From NCBI GenBank assembly GCA_052143275.1, contig JBKQTH010000310.1, forward strand, positions 1 to 61,393: a DNA stretch of 61,393 nucleotides, read 5' to 3'. A program made the position numbers and the translations under genes. Each line of letters starts with the position of its first letter. Positions within the stretch are counted from its first letter, which is position 1. The notes under the pieces are model-generated. The model ran no database searches. It was not told the origin of the DNA and saw only the letters and a program-made list of their open reading frames with translations. The stretch comes from Ktedonobacterales bacterium (GTDB lineage: Bacteria; Chloroflexota; Ktedonobacteria; Ktedonobacterales; JADMIN01). Below are positions 19,002-28,263 of this stretch, in pieces.

Positions 19002-19584
19002 AACCATGGTAACCGGCGTCGTGAAAGAGGGGCATATTCGCGGGTTGTACACCGGACGTCAAGGCGGTCGAAGAGAGTCGTTTGTTGCCTTCGGTCACTT
19101 TTAACCGTAATTGGAGGCGACGGTCCTGCTCAGCGCGCAGTCGGGTCAGATCATCGACGACTGCGCCTGCGAATGCGAAATATTGTTGCGCGGCGGCAAT
19201 TTGTGGTTTTCGGGGGTCCCCATTTTGAGCTACTACATAGCAGGCGTGCTTTGTGAGAAAATAGTCCTCAATGCTTCGCTCGGCACCAGATCCGATTTTG
19301 ACCATTTTTACGACGCCGTAAAAATGGTCCGAAACAACCAACCCTGCCTCCTGACAGGAGGTCATAGCCTTGGCCAGAACGCGCTGAAAATTATGCCAGG
19401 AGTTCGCGCTATACCCCAGTAACTCCATGAGATCTCGCGCACTCCAGTACTCATCTCCAACGACATTGATGTGTTTGATGGAATCAAAGTCTGGCGAAGT
19501 GTTCACTGCTCCCTCCATACGGTGAAGTAGTGCGGATAACAGCGGGCGCTGGTGTTGTGGGTAAATGGGTGCTTGGTATTTCAC
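19002..19584 (-). pseudogene. dinD: DinD N-terminal half
   Basis: DFDSIKHINVVGDEYWSARDLMELLGYS...MVKIGSGAERSIEDYFLTKHACYVVAQNGDPRKPQIAAAQQYFA...FHDAGYHGL aligns with E. coli DinD residues ~8-180. After GYHGL the frame runs into element-derived sequence and stops at 18925. Confidence 0.75.
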
Positions 19585-19660
19585 AAACAGATGTTCTGCT
19601 AAAGTATACCATGGATCAACATCGTTTCAGCGCAACTGGTGCGAAGAGCGCCCGATACAG

Positions 19661-19972
19661 TCACGGCTGCTGGTCGCGGTCTTCGGCTCGCCGGCGCCGG
19701 GCTTCAACCCGAAAATCACGAGCCAGCGAGCGAGCCGCGATCCAGACCACGAGCGCGAAGACCAGACCGGCGATGGCCGCAAGCGTCTGGTTGAAGCCGA
19801 TGGCTTTAGCTCCATAGTAGCAAGCGATGCCGGAAATCGCCGAGAAGAACGTAATGCCGGTGCGCAGCAGCATCTCCGACTGCATTTCACGGTACATATT
19901 GTTTGGCGGCGTGGTTCGCGGCGTGTTCTGGTTGGTAGGGGATCCGGGGGGCTCCGGCGCTGACTCTGGCAT
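19661..19972 (-). CDS. small membrane protein (2 TM)
   Basis: Two hydrophobic segments (GITFFSAISGIACYYGA; LAAIAGLVFALVVWIAA). It follows the upstream ORF after a 3-nt gap. Confidence 0.45.
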   Translation of the reverse strand: MPESAPEPPGSPTNQNTPRTTPPNNMYREMQSEMLLRTGITFFSAISGIACYYGAKAIGFNQTLAAIAGLVFALVVWIAARSLARDFRVEARRRRAEDRDQQP

Positions 19973-19975
19973 CGG

Positions 19976-20293
19976 CTAGTCCTTCTGGGTTGGCGGCTGG
20001 TCCGTATCGCCGCTTTCGGCGCTTGCCGGTTCGCCTCCATAGGCGACGAGCAATTTGTCGACCAGTCCGGCCATCTGAAACCAAATATAATGCTGATATC
20101 CAAGCATAGCTGCCTGGCGCTCGTCGTACGCGCGCGAGCTAGCGTTGCGCGTCGCGTTCTCTAGGAAACGCTGCGCCAGTTCGTAGGTATGCTGTCCCCG
20201 TTCAGTCAGGTAGTTCGAGAGCTGGTTCAGGTCGCCAAGCAGCGCCTCGAGCTTAGCTTCCGCGTCCGTGGTCGTTTCGCCTTTGTCTGCCAT
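19976..20293 (-). CDS. hypothetical helical protein
   Basis: Start chosen at MADKGETTT (ATG at 20293). The upstream 93 aa of the track ORF look non-coding. No family recognised. Confidence 0.4.
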   Translation of the reverse strand: MADKGETTTDAEAKLEALLGDLNQLSNYLTERGQHTYELAQRFLENATRNASSRAYDERQAAMLGYQHYIWFQMAGLVDKLLVAYGGEPASAESGDTDQPPTQKD

Positions 20294-20589
20294 AGATATT
20301 CTGGTCACACGCTTTCCTCTAGCGGAATTACACGCTAGCTTGCCAAGGCTCCAGATCCCGCTTGCTCCTAGGGGCCGTGGCGATTTAGCTGGTGGCATTC
20401 TAAGAGATTCTACTCTAAACCGCAAGCATCGCGCACCTGCGCCAGTGTGTATACTATAGCCGCAACTCTGCGCGCCGGACGTGGGGATCCGCTCCATTGG
20501 CCTTGTGACCGCGCTCGCGCTTGCCGGTGGCTGGGGACTGTAATGATTGACAATAGTTGATACATCTAGCAAGTGGGGACAGATAGATT

Positions 20590-21732
20590 GTGAAGACGCG
20601 CATACTGTACGTGGTTGACACGCTCATGGCTGGGGGGATCGAGTCTCAGCTGGTAGATCTACTGCTCCGGCTGGATTCTGCGCGCTTCGAGCCGCATGTG
20701 CTCTGCCTCTACGGCCAGCGGACCAGCCGCGCACCCCACTTTGCAACTCATCTGAAGGAAGCGGGCATTCCGTTCGAGGTGCTGGATATAGGCTGGGGAG
20801 CCCGAGACAAGATTGGAGCGGCCCGGCAGATCGCCCTGACCGCGCGCAGGCTCCGACCAGATCTGATTCAGCTCGAGAGCTATCACGCGAATCTCCTGGG
20901 CCGCGCGGTTCGTCCACTGCTTGCCTCCACCAAGATGATCGGCACCGTACGCGGCCTCGAAACCGCCAGGCAGCTCAGGTATCAGCGCCTGGGACAGTGG
21001 GCCTGCACACGTATCGTCGTCAGCGCTCCCCAGCTGGCAACAATGATTGAGGAGCAGGCAGGCGTACCCAAATCCAAGGTGGTGGTTATCCCTAATGCCA
21101 TAGATCCGCGAAGATTCGCCGACCCGCCAGCTCGCGCGCAGGAACTGCGACGGCAACTCGCCCCGAATGGGGAGCGGGTGCTGCTCAGCGTAGGTCGCAT
21201 ATCGAGGCAGAAACGCATGCACCTTATCCCGGAGGCGCTTGGTCTCCTCAAGCGCGAGGGACGCCTGCCTCCCGATGTGCGTGTCTGCATACTTGGTCAG
21301 GTCGAGCATGAGGAGCTACAGCAGCAGCTGGAGCAGGCCACACAGGCGGCCGGACTGGAGAACGTGATCATCCAGCGGCCGCCGACGTCAACTCCTGAGG
21401 AGTATTACCACGCCAGCGATGCGACCATACTCTACACGATACGTGAAGGCATATCGATCGCCATGCTGGAATCGCTGGCCTCGGGCCGGCCGGTCATCAT
21501 CTCTGAAGAGGCCAACGTCGCCGAAGTTATCGAGGATGAGCGCACTGGCTGGGTAGTGCCTACCCATGACCTGGCCGGCTTTGCCGAGACGCTGGCGAAG
21601 GTGCTTACACTTCCGGCCACGAAGCTACGTCAGATGGGGCCGGCGTGCGTCGAACGTAGCCGGGCCTACTCTATCGACGCGCTGGCCGCGCGATACACAC
21701 AGCTCTACAGTTCGCTGGTGACTCCGCACTGA
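20590..21732 (+). CDS. glycosyltransferase family 4 (GT-B fold)
   Basis: N-terminal RILYVVDTLMAGGIESQLVDL (GT4 N-domain) and C-terminal EGISIAMLESLASGRPVIISE (GT1/GT4 nucleotide-sugar binding motif). GTG start. Confidence 0.85.
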   Translation: MKTRILYVVDTLMAGGIESQLVDLLLRLDSARFEPHVLCLYGQRTSRAPHFATHLKEAGIPFEVLDIGWGARDKIGAARQIALTARRLRPDLIQLESYHANLLGRAVRPLLASTKMIGTVRGLETARQLRYQRLGQWACTRIVVSAPQLATMIEEQAGVPKSKVVVIPNAIDPRRFADPPARAQELRRQLAPNGERVLLSVGRISRQKRMHLIPEALGLLKREGRLPPDVRVCILGQVEHEELQQQLEQATQAAGLENVIIQRPPTSTPEEYYHASDATILYTIREGISIAMLESLASGRPVIISEEANVAEVIEDERTGWVVPTHDLAGFAETLAKVLTLPATKLRQMGPACVERSRAYSIDALAARYTQLYSSLVTPH

Positions 21733-21754
21733 CATCTCTTAGACCATGCTCGGC

Positions 21755-22330
21755 TCATGCTAGGGACGCCCCACCATCCCCTTGGCCAGGCTTTTTCGCC
21801 GGCGGCGTCACTTCGATGTGTAGCGCGTCATTGAACCTGTTGAAATAATTGAATAGCCCGATGACCGCGGCGATCTCGATAACCTGCCCCTCGTCGAAAT
21901 GCTCCTGTAGGTCTATCCAGATATCCTCTGAGACGCCGTGCGCGTCGGTAGTCATCCGTTCGGCGAAGGCCAGCGCCGCCAGCTCGGCCGGTGTGAAAAG
22001 GTTTCCATGCTGGTCAATGTGATACATGGCATCCAGTAATGCCTCAGACGCTCCCAGCTGCTTTGCCAAAGCAGTATGAGAGGCCTTTCAGTAGTTGCAA
22101 TCATTGATCTGGGAGACCCGCACCGCCAGCATCTCTTTCAGCTTGGTGTCTACCGTCCCCGTATTGAAGATGGCTGCCATATGCGCGGCGGCGGTAACCG
22201 CTATCTCGGGGCGCAGCGCCATGGTGCGGAACATATTGGGAACGTTGCCACGCTGCATTTTGAAGCGCTCGAACATAGCCTGCGCTTCCGGCGTGCCTTC
22301 GTCAGGATCGAGTGGACGAATACGGGGCAT
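21755..22330 (-). CDS. CMD/AhpD-family protein with in-frame TGA at the second Cys of CxxCxxxH (candidate selenoprotein, or pseudogene)
   Basis: Track ORFs 22088..22336 and 21755..22069 are in the same frame, separated only by TGA at 22088-22090. Read through, the sequence is ...SQINDCNY[TGA]KASHTALAKQLG.... ATG 22330 has GGAGA 6 nt upstream. Confidence 0.6.
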
Positions 22331-22557
22331 ATACATTCTCCGTTGCTATGGGGCAGCGGCCATTTTCACCGGCTAGCGCTACCCGAGAATATCCTACCAC
22401 AGCTCCAACTGGGCCGGCTCGCGGGCGCGAACTTCCTGCGCGTCGGGCAGTCAGCGGCACCCCATCGTGTTACCGGTAGTCGACTTCCTGGCTCTCGAGC
22501 GCGCGGCTGAGCTCACCATGCCAAGGTCAAATTGCTACGTGCATTGGTCCCTCGCAT

Positions 22558-22586
22558 ATTGACAGATCGTATGTCTGTCTGTATGC
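22558..22586 (+). promoter_or_regulatory. candidate sigma-70-type promoter
   Basis: TTGACA (22558-22563), a 17-nt spacer, then TATGCT (22581-22586). It lies ~50 nt upstream of ATG 22636. Confidence 0.4.
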
Positions 22587-22635
22587 TGGCGAGGCCGTGT
22601 GGCAGATCTCACGGAAGTGGTTTGGGGGATTAGTA

Positions 22636-24642
22636 ATGTCGAGACTTGGTAATCGGCAGTCCAGAGAAACTGTGGAGCTCGGTAGTCCGGCGCGAAATCG
22701 TCGCGGGGCCGGCCGGGTTATCTTCAATCTGGTGAAGCCGCGTTGGGTCCGCCTGGGACTCGTTTCCGCGTTGCTATTATCGGTAGTGGTAGCCGTAACC
22801 CTCTATGTAGGTCCGGCGCTAGCCAGCCATGGAACGGCGCGGACTGCCCGAACGGCACAGGTCGCCACCTTCTATGGTACCAGCGACACCCAGGTGCTAG
22901 CCGCGGTTCAGGCGGCTGGGTGGCCGCAGCAAGAAAGCAACTGGTGCGGCGTTGCCACTGTCGCCGCCATTGCGCGGTTTCACGGGCAAGCGGTCTCCCA
23001 GCAGGACGTTGCCAATTACTTGAATAGCAGTGCGGCGCTTAGCGAATGGCAGCCACCCTATCCCCCTCCCTCGGCTACCGCTTACTGGGGACCGGCCTTT
23101 CAGGCGGATATTTCGGGAGACGACGGTACCGATCCCCGCTCGCTCGCCCAGGGTCTGACTGGACTGGCGGGGACACCGTACCACTATCATCAGCTGGTGG
23201 ACTTGGGCTCCAACTATCAAGCGACCCTCAACCTGGTGTACGATGTGGTGAGGTCCCAGGAGCCCATTAGCGTGATCGTGTACCATGGTCTCCACTCGGT
23301 GCTGGTCAGTGGAGTAACCGCCACGGGTAATCCACTCACTGATCCGGCCAGCGTTACCGGACTTGACGTGTGGGACCCGGGCTACGGCGTATTCGACGGC
23401 AATATTCAAGACGCGCAAGAGGTGCTGGTGCCGCTCAGCACCTGGCTGTCCAGTCAGTACTACTGGGGAAGCCCTTATAATGCCAACTACTATGGAACTT
23501 TTGCCGGCGATCCCGACCCTTCAGTGGGAACCCCCTATACCTACGACCCCAGCCAGGGCGACTATGGACATCTCTGGAGTGGACATTACGTCTACATCCG
23601 GCCCGACGTTGCCGGTGACCCGGCTGCGGGGGTATCGACGGACTGGGCATTCAGCCAGACCGATGCCCTGATCGAAGGCTTCCATGGGGAAGTGCCCTCG
23701 GGCTACACCGGGCCTACGACGTCTATACCCATCACCACTATCCTTCCCGACACCAGCATTGACGGGCCGGCTCTCTGGACGCCGTCCTCATACCAGCTAA
23801 CATCCGGCTCATTTGACCCGGTTAGTGTTCTCGCCTGGACCGGCACGGATGGCGCACACCATCTCAACGTCGAAACTTCCCAGGACGGCATCAACTACCA
23901 GAACAAGGTTATCCTGAATGAAACGTCGTTTACCCGTCCCAGTGTGATCGTGGTACCAACCGCCACCAGCAACGTGGTGGTCATCGCCTGGACGGGGACC
24001 GATTCCGCTCACCATCTCAACGTCATCTACGATGTCTATGGCTCGCCGCAGAAGGTTATACTGCCGGAGGTGAGTTCATACGCGCCGTCTCTGGCGTACT
24101 TCGGCGGTCAAATCTGGATTGCCTGGACCGGCAACGACAGCGGCCAGAGTCTTAATGTCCGTGCCCTGGGTCCTCAGGGACTCGGGCTCGGCGTCAAGAC
24201 AACGTTGGCGGTGGGTGGAAGTAGCGCTGGGCCCTATCTAACCACCGATCCGAGTAGCAACAACCTGTTGCTCTCCTGGCAGCAGAGGTACGCGCAGCGA
24301 CTGGACTTTGTAGAATCGTCGGACGGTAGTAACTGGAATGTGGGACTACCCTCGCCCTCGCCACAGACCTCACCCATTACTCCAACTATGATGGCGATCA
24401 ATCCCGCTCCGGCAGACATGTCACAGTATTACTGGGCCTGGACTGGCACCGATGGTAGCCATTCGCTCAACGTTATGCGGTCCAGTGCGCTCAATAACTG
24501 GTCCGTGGGGGTCGATACTCTACCCGAAACCAGTATCAGCGCGCCCGAGCTTGGCTTTGCCGGCCAGCCGCATCTGATTCTGGTGGCGTGGACCGGTACC
24601 GATTCTGCCCATCACTTAAATGTTGCGGTCCTTCCAGTCTAG
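22636..24642 (+). CDS. secreted/anchored papain-like (C39-like) cysteine peptidase domain fused to six WTGTD..LNV repeats (probable beta-propeller)
   Basis: N-terminal TM/signal segment (VRLGLVSALLLSVVVAVTLYV). Candidate catalytic Cys is NWCGVATVAAIARFHG, with VYHGLHSVLVSG and DVWDPG as candidate His/Asp. Six repeats are of the type AWTGTDSAHHLNV. Confidence 0.75.
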   Translation: MSRLGNRQSRETVELGSPARNRRGAGRVIFNLVKPRWVRLGLVSALLLSVVVAVTLYVGPALASHGTARTARTAQVATFYGTSDTQVLAAVQAAGWPQQESNWCGVATVAAIARFHGQAVSQQDVANYLNSSAALSEWQPPYPPPSATAYWGPAFQADISGDDGTDPRSLAQGLTGLAGTPYHYHQLVDLGSNYQATLNLVYDVVRSQEPISVIVYHGLHSVLVSGVTATGNPLTDPASVTGLDVWDPGYGVFDGNIQDAQEVLVPLSTWLSSQYYWGSPYNANYYGTFAGDPDPSVGTPYTYDPSQGDYGHLWSGHYVYIRPDVAGDPAAGVSTDWAFSQTDALIEGFHGEVPSGYTGPTTSIPITTILPDTSIDGPALWTPSSYQLTSGSFDPVSVLAWTGTDGAHHLNVETSQDGINYQNKVILNETSFTRPSVIVVPTATSNVVVIAWTGTDSAHHLNVIYDVYGSPQKVILPEVSSYAPSLAYFGGQIWIAWTGNDSGQSLNVRALGPQGLGLGVKTTLAVGGSSAGPYLTTDPSSNNLLLSWQQRYAQRLDFVESSDGSNWNVGLPSPSPQTSPITPTMMAINPAPADMSQYYWAWTGTDGSHSLNVMRSSALNNWSVGVDTLPETSISAPELGFAGQPHLILVAWTGTDSAHHLNVAVLPV

Positions 24643-24658
24643 GGATGTGAGCAGGTCT

Positions 24659-25309
24659 ATGGCATCACAACAATGGCCTTGCGTACCTAAGCACTTCGGG
24701 CAGCACAAGAGCTGGAATACGAGAGTCGCTCTCGCCACTGCTCTCTTGATCGTGCTGGCGATGCTAGCGGCCTGTAATTCAAGCGCCGCGCACACTAAGG
24801 GGGGCTCGACTACCAGCACCGTACCGGCCGGGCAACCAGGCGGTACCACCGCCGTCCTGTCGACCCCCACTACTGTCCCCACTCAATCGCCGACAGCGAC
24901 TCCCAATCCAGACGTATTCCAGGTGACTTTTGCGGACAGCTACACGGCGACTGCCTGCTCGAATACCACGGTTGTGGGGACAGTGTGCGTCACGACCAGC
25001 GGTTCGGGGCAGGAGAATAGCCTCGGTGACCTCTCACTCGCGCGCACGTCGGTCTATACTCCGGGCGCTGCAGGCTCCTGTGATTCGGCGACCACTACTG
25101 GAACGATTACGTTGGCGACGAGTGATACGGTTACTTTCACCGGAACCGGCACCTTTTGCCAAGCGACTGAAGTGGCGAACTTCACCTACACTTTTTCCGG
25201 AGGGACCGGCGAGTATCTGCATGCCACCGGCACCGGAACCATTTCCGTGCCGCTTCCCACTTCCAGTAGCACCGGAACCGAAGTCTGGAGTGGAACGCTG
25301 TTCACCTAG
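24659..25309 (+). CDS. secreted lipoprotein, Thr/Gly-rich
   Basis: Lipobox LAMLAAC after a hydrophobic segment, then a Thr/Ser/Gly-rich mature part. The start is uncertain; the track ORF starts at 24620, overlapping the upstream gene. Confidence 0.55.
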   Translation: MASQQWPCVPKHFGQHKSWNTRVALATALLIVLAMLAACNSSAAHTKGGSTTSTVPAGQPGGTTAVLSTPTTVPTQSPTATPNPDVFQVTFADSYTATACSNTTVVGTVCVTTSGSGQENSLGDLSLARTSVYTPGAAGSCDSATTTGTITLATSDTVTFTGTGTFCQATEVANFTYTFSGGTGEYLHATGTGTISVPLPTSSSTGTEVWSGTLFT

Positions 25310-25402
25310 GTCCTTACTCGAGTAGGCCTTCGGTTACACATCGGAAGCGGTAAGCGTTCTAGCTATAGCGGAGTTACTGGGCAGCGAAGCGATCTGAGGT
25401 TC

Positions 25403-26623
25403 ATGATGCGCATATTGATGGTGACGCCGTACGTGCCGCTCGCGACCAAGCCTCGTCCCCACCGACTCTTGCGCTACTTGGCGCAGCACCACGAACTACA
25501 TCTCATTGCTTTTGATATCGCGCCTGATTCAGGTTATCGACAGCGTCCAGATTTTGCGGAACTCCGGCGAGCCTGCGCCAGCGTGACCATGCTCACCTTG
25601 CCGCGCCCAGAGAGGTACCGAAATGCCGCGCTCAGCGTCTTTACGCCCCTTCCGGCGCGTGCGGCCTACTACGGAAGGCGCCTCCTTACCGGCGAGGTTC
25701 TTCGCCTGGTGGAGAGTAAGGGCATCGATGTTATCCATGTCGATCAGCTGAGGCTGGCCCATCTGTGTGCTACGGTTCCTCTCCCCAAAGTCGTCGACTC
25801 CGCCGACTGCGTCTCGGAGTATCTGTGGCAATGCGCCAGGTATGTTCCGGCGCCCCTGAAGGCCGCCTACGCCTTCGAAGCGGCCAAGACGGTGCGCTTC
25901 GAGCGCGCCGCCGCCGCCGGCTATGACCGGTGCCTGGTCACTACCCAGCGAGAGAGATCGCTCTTCTCACCTACCAGCTATTTTGACCGGGTGGAGGTCG
26001 TACCCAACCTCCTCGATCGCGAGCTCTTCGACCGCCCTCTGCGCAGCGGCGGTAGTGCCTCCTCACCCACCGTAGTCTTTCTGGGCAATTTGAGCTACTT
26101 GCCGAATGTAGATGCCGCCCGGCTCCTTCTCAAGCACATTTGGCCGCGTGTGCGTACCGAACTGCCCGAGGCGCGCCTGGTCTTCGCGGGGGCGAGCCCA
26201 TCATCCAGCCTGCTCCGGGCGGCCCGTGCGGCCGGCGCGGAAGTGACTGGATTCGTGCCTGATCTCAACGATCTCATACAGTCCGCGACGATGGTCGTCT
26301 CCCCAGTACGCATCGCCGCCGGTTTCCCCAATAAGGTGGCGGAGGCGCTGGCGCTGGGCAAGCCGGTGGTAAGTAGCTCGGTCGGATGCCGCGGCCTGGA
26401 GGGCTCAGAGTCAGTCCTGGAGGTGGCCGACGATCACAGGGCCTTCGCCGAAGCCGTCGTTCGTCTGGCGCGCGATGAGAGTGCACGGTCACGTCTGGCC
26501 CGTGCGGCACGGGAGTACGCGCAGGCGTATCTCCATCCCGACCATGCCGAGGCTCAGGTTGATCGTGTCTTCGCCGACGTGGCTCGGCAGAGCTTGGTGA
26601 GCAGCTCGGTTGGCGACCGCTAG
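25403..26623 (+). CDS. glycosyltransferase family 4
   Basis: MRILMVTPYVP start. C-terminal GFPNKVAEALALGKPVVSS motif typical of GT4/GT1. Confidence 0.85.
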   Translation: MMRILMVTPYVPLATKPRPHRLLRYLAQHHELHLIAFDIAPDSGYRQRPDFAELRRACASVTMLTLPRPERYRNAALSVFTPLPARAAYYGRRLLTGEVLRLVESKGIDVIHVDQLRLAHLCATVPLPKVVDSADCVSEYLWQCARYVPAPLKAAYAFEAAKTVRFERAAAAGYDRCLVTTQRERSLFSPTSYFDRVEVVPNLLDRELFDRPLRSGGSASSPTVVFLGNLSYLPNVDAARLLLKHIWPRVRTELPEARLVFAGASPSSSLLRAARAAGAEVTGFVPDLNDLIQSATMVVSPVRIAAGFPNKVAEALALGKPVVSSSVGCRGLEGSESVLEVADDHRAFAEAVVRLARDESARSRLARAAREYAQAYLHPDHAEAQVDRVFADVARQSLVSSSVGDR

Positions 26624-26635
26624 AGGTGAATTCAG

Positions 26636-28252
26636 ATGCCGGCCAATGAACGCGCTATCACTTCGATCGCAACCATGCCTCCAGCTACCGCGAGTAAACC
26701 GGGGGTCGCTTCGGAAACGGCACGCTCCCGGCTGGGCGCGGTATTCGGCGGATCCTCTCAGCTCGGTGCGCTACTTCTCTATGCCGCGGCGATCGGCGGC
26801 GTGTACGGGGCAGTGCTGTTCATCCGCTATGGCTTCTCCGACGACTATACCTATCTGTATGCTTCTTTGACCGGCCAGATGAATGCCGCCGTATACCAGG
26901 TAGTCGCCGGTGGCCGGCCCCTGTATGCCCTGTTGCTCCAATTGGCAATACCGCAGCTGAGTCACGTGAGCGACCTCTGGGTCTTACGACTGGATAGCCT
27001 GCTCGGCATAACGCTCTTCGCCTGGGTGCTGTATCAAACGCTACTGCGTGCGGGCATGAACCAGTTTATTGCCTGGCTGATTCCCTTGTTCATCGCCATG
27101 CTGCCTGCCTACCAGGTCTTCGCCGGCTGGGCCATTGCCGCATTCTACCCCTATTCAGCCGTCTTCGCCGGGATGGCGGTGGCCGTAGCCGGCCGGAGTT
27201 TCGAGGCCACCGGGGTGAGGCAGTTTGCTCTGGGGTTGGGGGCGCTCGCGCTTCTTCTGGTATCTGTGACAATTTATCAACCCGCCGCCATGGTCTTCTG
27301 GCTCTTCGCCGCCGTCATACTCTTTGTGTCTGACCGACCACTACGCGAGACGATCCAGCGCTTCCTCGTGCTTTTGGCGATTATGGCAGTGGCGCTGCTT
27401 GTCGACTATGGGCTGAGCAAGACACTGCCGCATCTACTCTATCCGCATCCAGTGGCCTTTCCCCGCACCGCACTTGCCGAGGACGTGACTTCGAAACTGC
27501 TCTTCTTCTTGGAGCCGCTGCTCGAGAGCCTCAATCTTTTTCACCTCGTTGACAAGAGCCACCTGGCGCCCTCAGCGGCCATCGCTCTGGTGGTAGGCCT
27601 CTTGATCCTGACTGGATTGCCGCTCTATTTCCAGGGGTCTCAGACGTTGCGCCTCCAGAAGACTGTGCTGGCGCTCAGCCTGATACCTCTAGCCTACTTA
27701 CCCAATCTACTGGTGGCTGAGAACTTCGGCTCGTTTCGTAGCCAGGTGGCGATGTCATCGCTGCTTGCCCTGTACGCTGTGCTCGGGGGCATCGGCTACG
27801 CACGCCATTGGCCGGCGCTGTCGCTGCGTGTGGCGTTGCCGATTCTTCTGCTCCTGACTCTAGCGAGCATGGGGTTTGCCGTGCGAGATATTACCGCTGA
27901 ATTCGCTATCCCCCAGGCGCGCGAATATCAGGCGGTCGTAGCCCAACTCCGGACAGCACCGCTGTCAGGGGTCGATACTATCTATGTTTTACCCTCACTA
28001 AAGACCGACCGGCTCTCTACCGAAGTGCATCATGATGAATTTGGGTTGCCGACGACCTCCGTGATTTCCTATCTGACTTCCGTCGTGACGCTGGCGCTGC
28101 ATGATGTCGCGCCAAAGGATGTGGGCAAGATCGTCATAATAGGTACTCCCACTGTACCTGCTGGAGCAGGAACTGGGGTGCTGGTAATCAATATGCACGC
28201 GGTCCTGCAAAAGCTCCTCCACCCAGCAGCGCTTCCGGCGGCCCCTAGATAA
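26636..28252 (+). CDS. polytopic membrane protein, GT-C/GtrII-like candidate glycosyltransferase
   Basis: At least 10 hydrophobic segments. An early loop has an acidic motif (YGFSDDYTYLY), as in GT-C type enzymes. It follows the GT4 gene after a 12-nt gap. Confidence 0.55.
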   Translation: MPANERAITSIATMPPATASKPGVASETARSRLGAVFGGSSQLGALLLYAAAIGGVYGAVLFIRYGFSDDYTYLYASLTGQMNAAVYQVVAGGRPLYALLLQLAIPQLSHVSDLWVLRLDSLLGITLFAWVLYQTLLRAGMNQFIAWLIPLFIAMLPAYQVFAGWAIAAFYPYSAVFAGMAVAVAGRSFEATGVRQFALGLGALALLLVSVTIYQPAAMVFWLFAAVILFVSDRPLRETIQRFLVLLAIMAVALLVDYGLSKTLPHLLYPHPVAFPRTALAEDVTSKLLFFLEPLLESLNLFHLVDKSHLAPSAAIALVVGLLILTGLPLYFQGSQTLRLQKTVLALSLIPLAYLPNLLVAENFGSFRSQVAMSSLLALYAVLGGIGYARHWPALSLRVALPILLLLTLASMGFAVRDITAEFAIPQAREYQAVVAQLRTAPLSGVDTIYVLPSLKTDRLSTEVHHDEFGLPTTSVISYLTSVVTLALHDVAPKDVGKIVIIGTPTVPAGAGTGVLVINMHAVLQKLLHPAALPAAPR

Positions 28253-28263
28253 CCTGTCGCCGC

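Larger units (their letters stand above)
15227..19002 (+). mobile_element. ~3.8 kb insertion carrying two tyrosine recombinases (Tn554-like TnpA/TnpB pair, no cargo)
   Basis: It interrupts dinD. Terminal inverted repeat is TTACGTGGAAT (15227-15237) / ATTCCACATAA (18992-19002). Imperfect 10-bp direct repeat is ATAGACCAAG (15217-15226) / ATAAACCATG (18999-19008). Confidence 0.7.

Noticed and set aside
19627-20103. 158-aa minus-strand ORF overlapping the two small ORFs I annotated.
   Set aside because: It is extremely Arg/Ser/Pro-rich and overlaps two better-composed ORFs in other frames.
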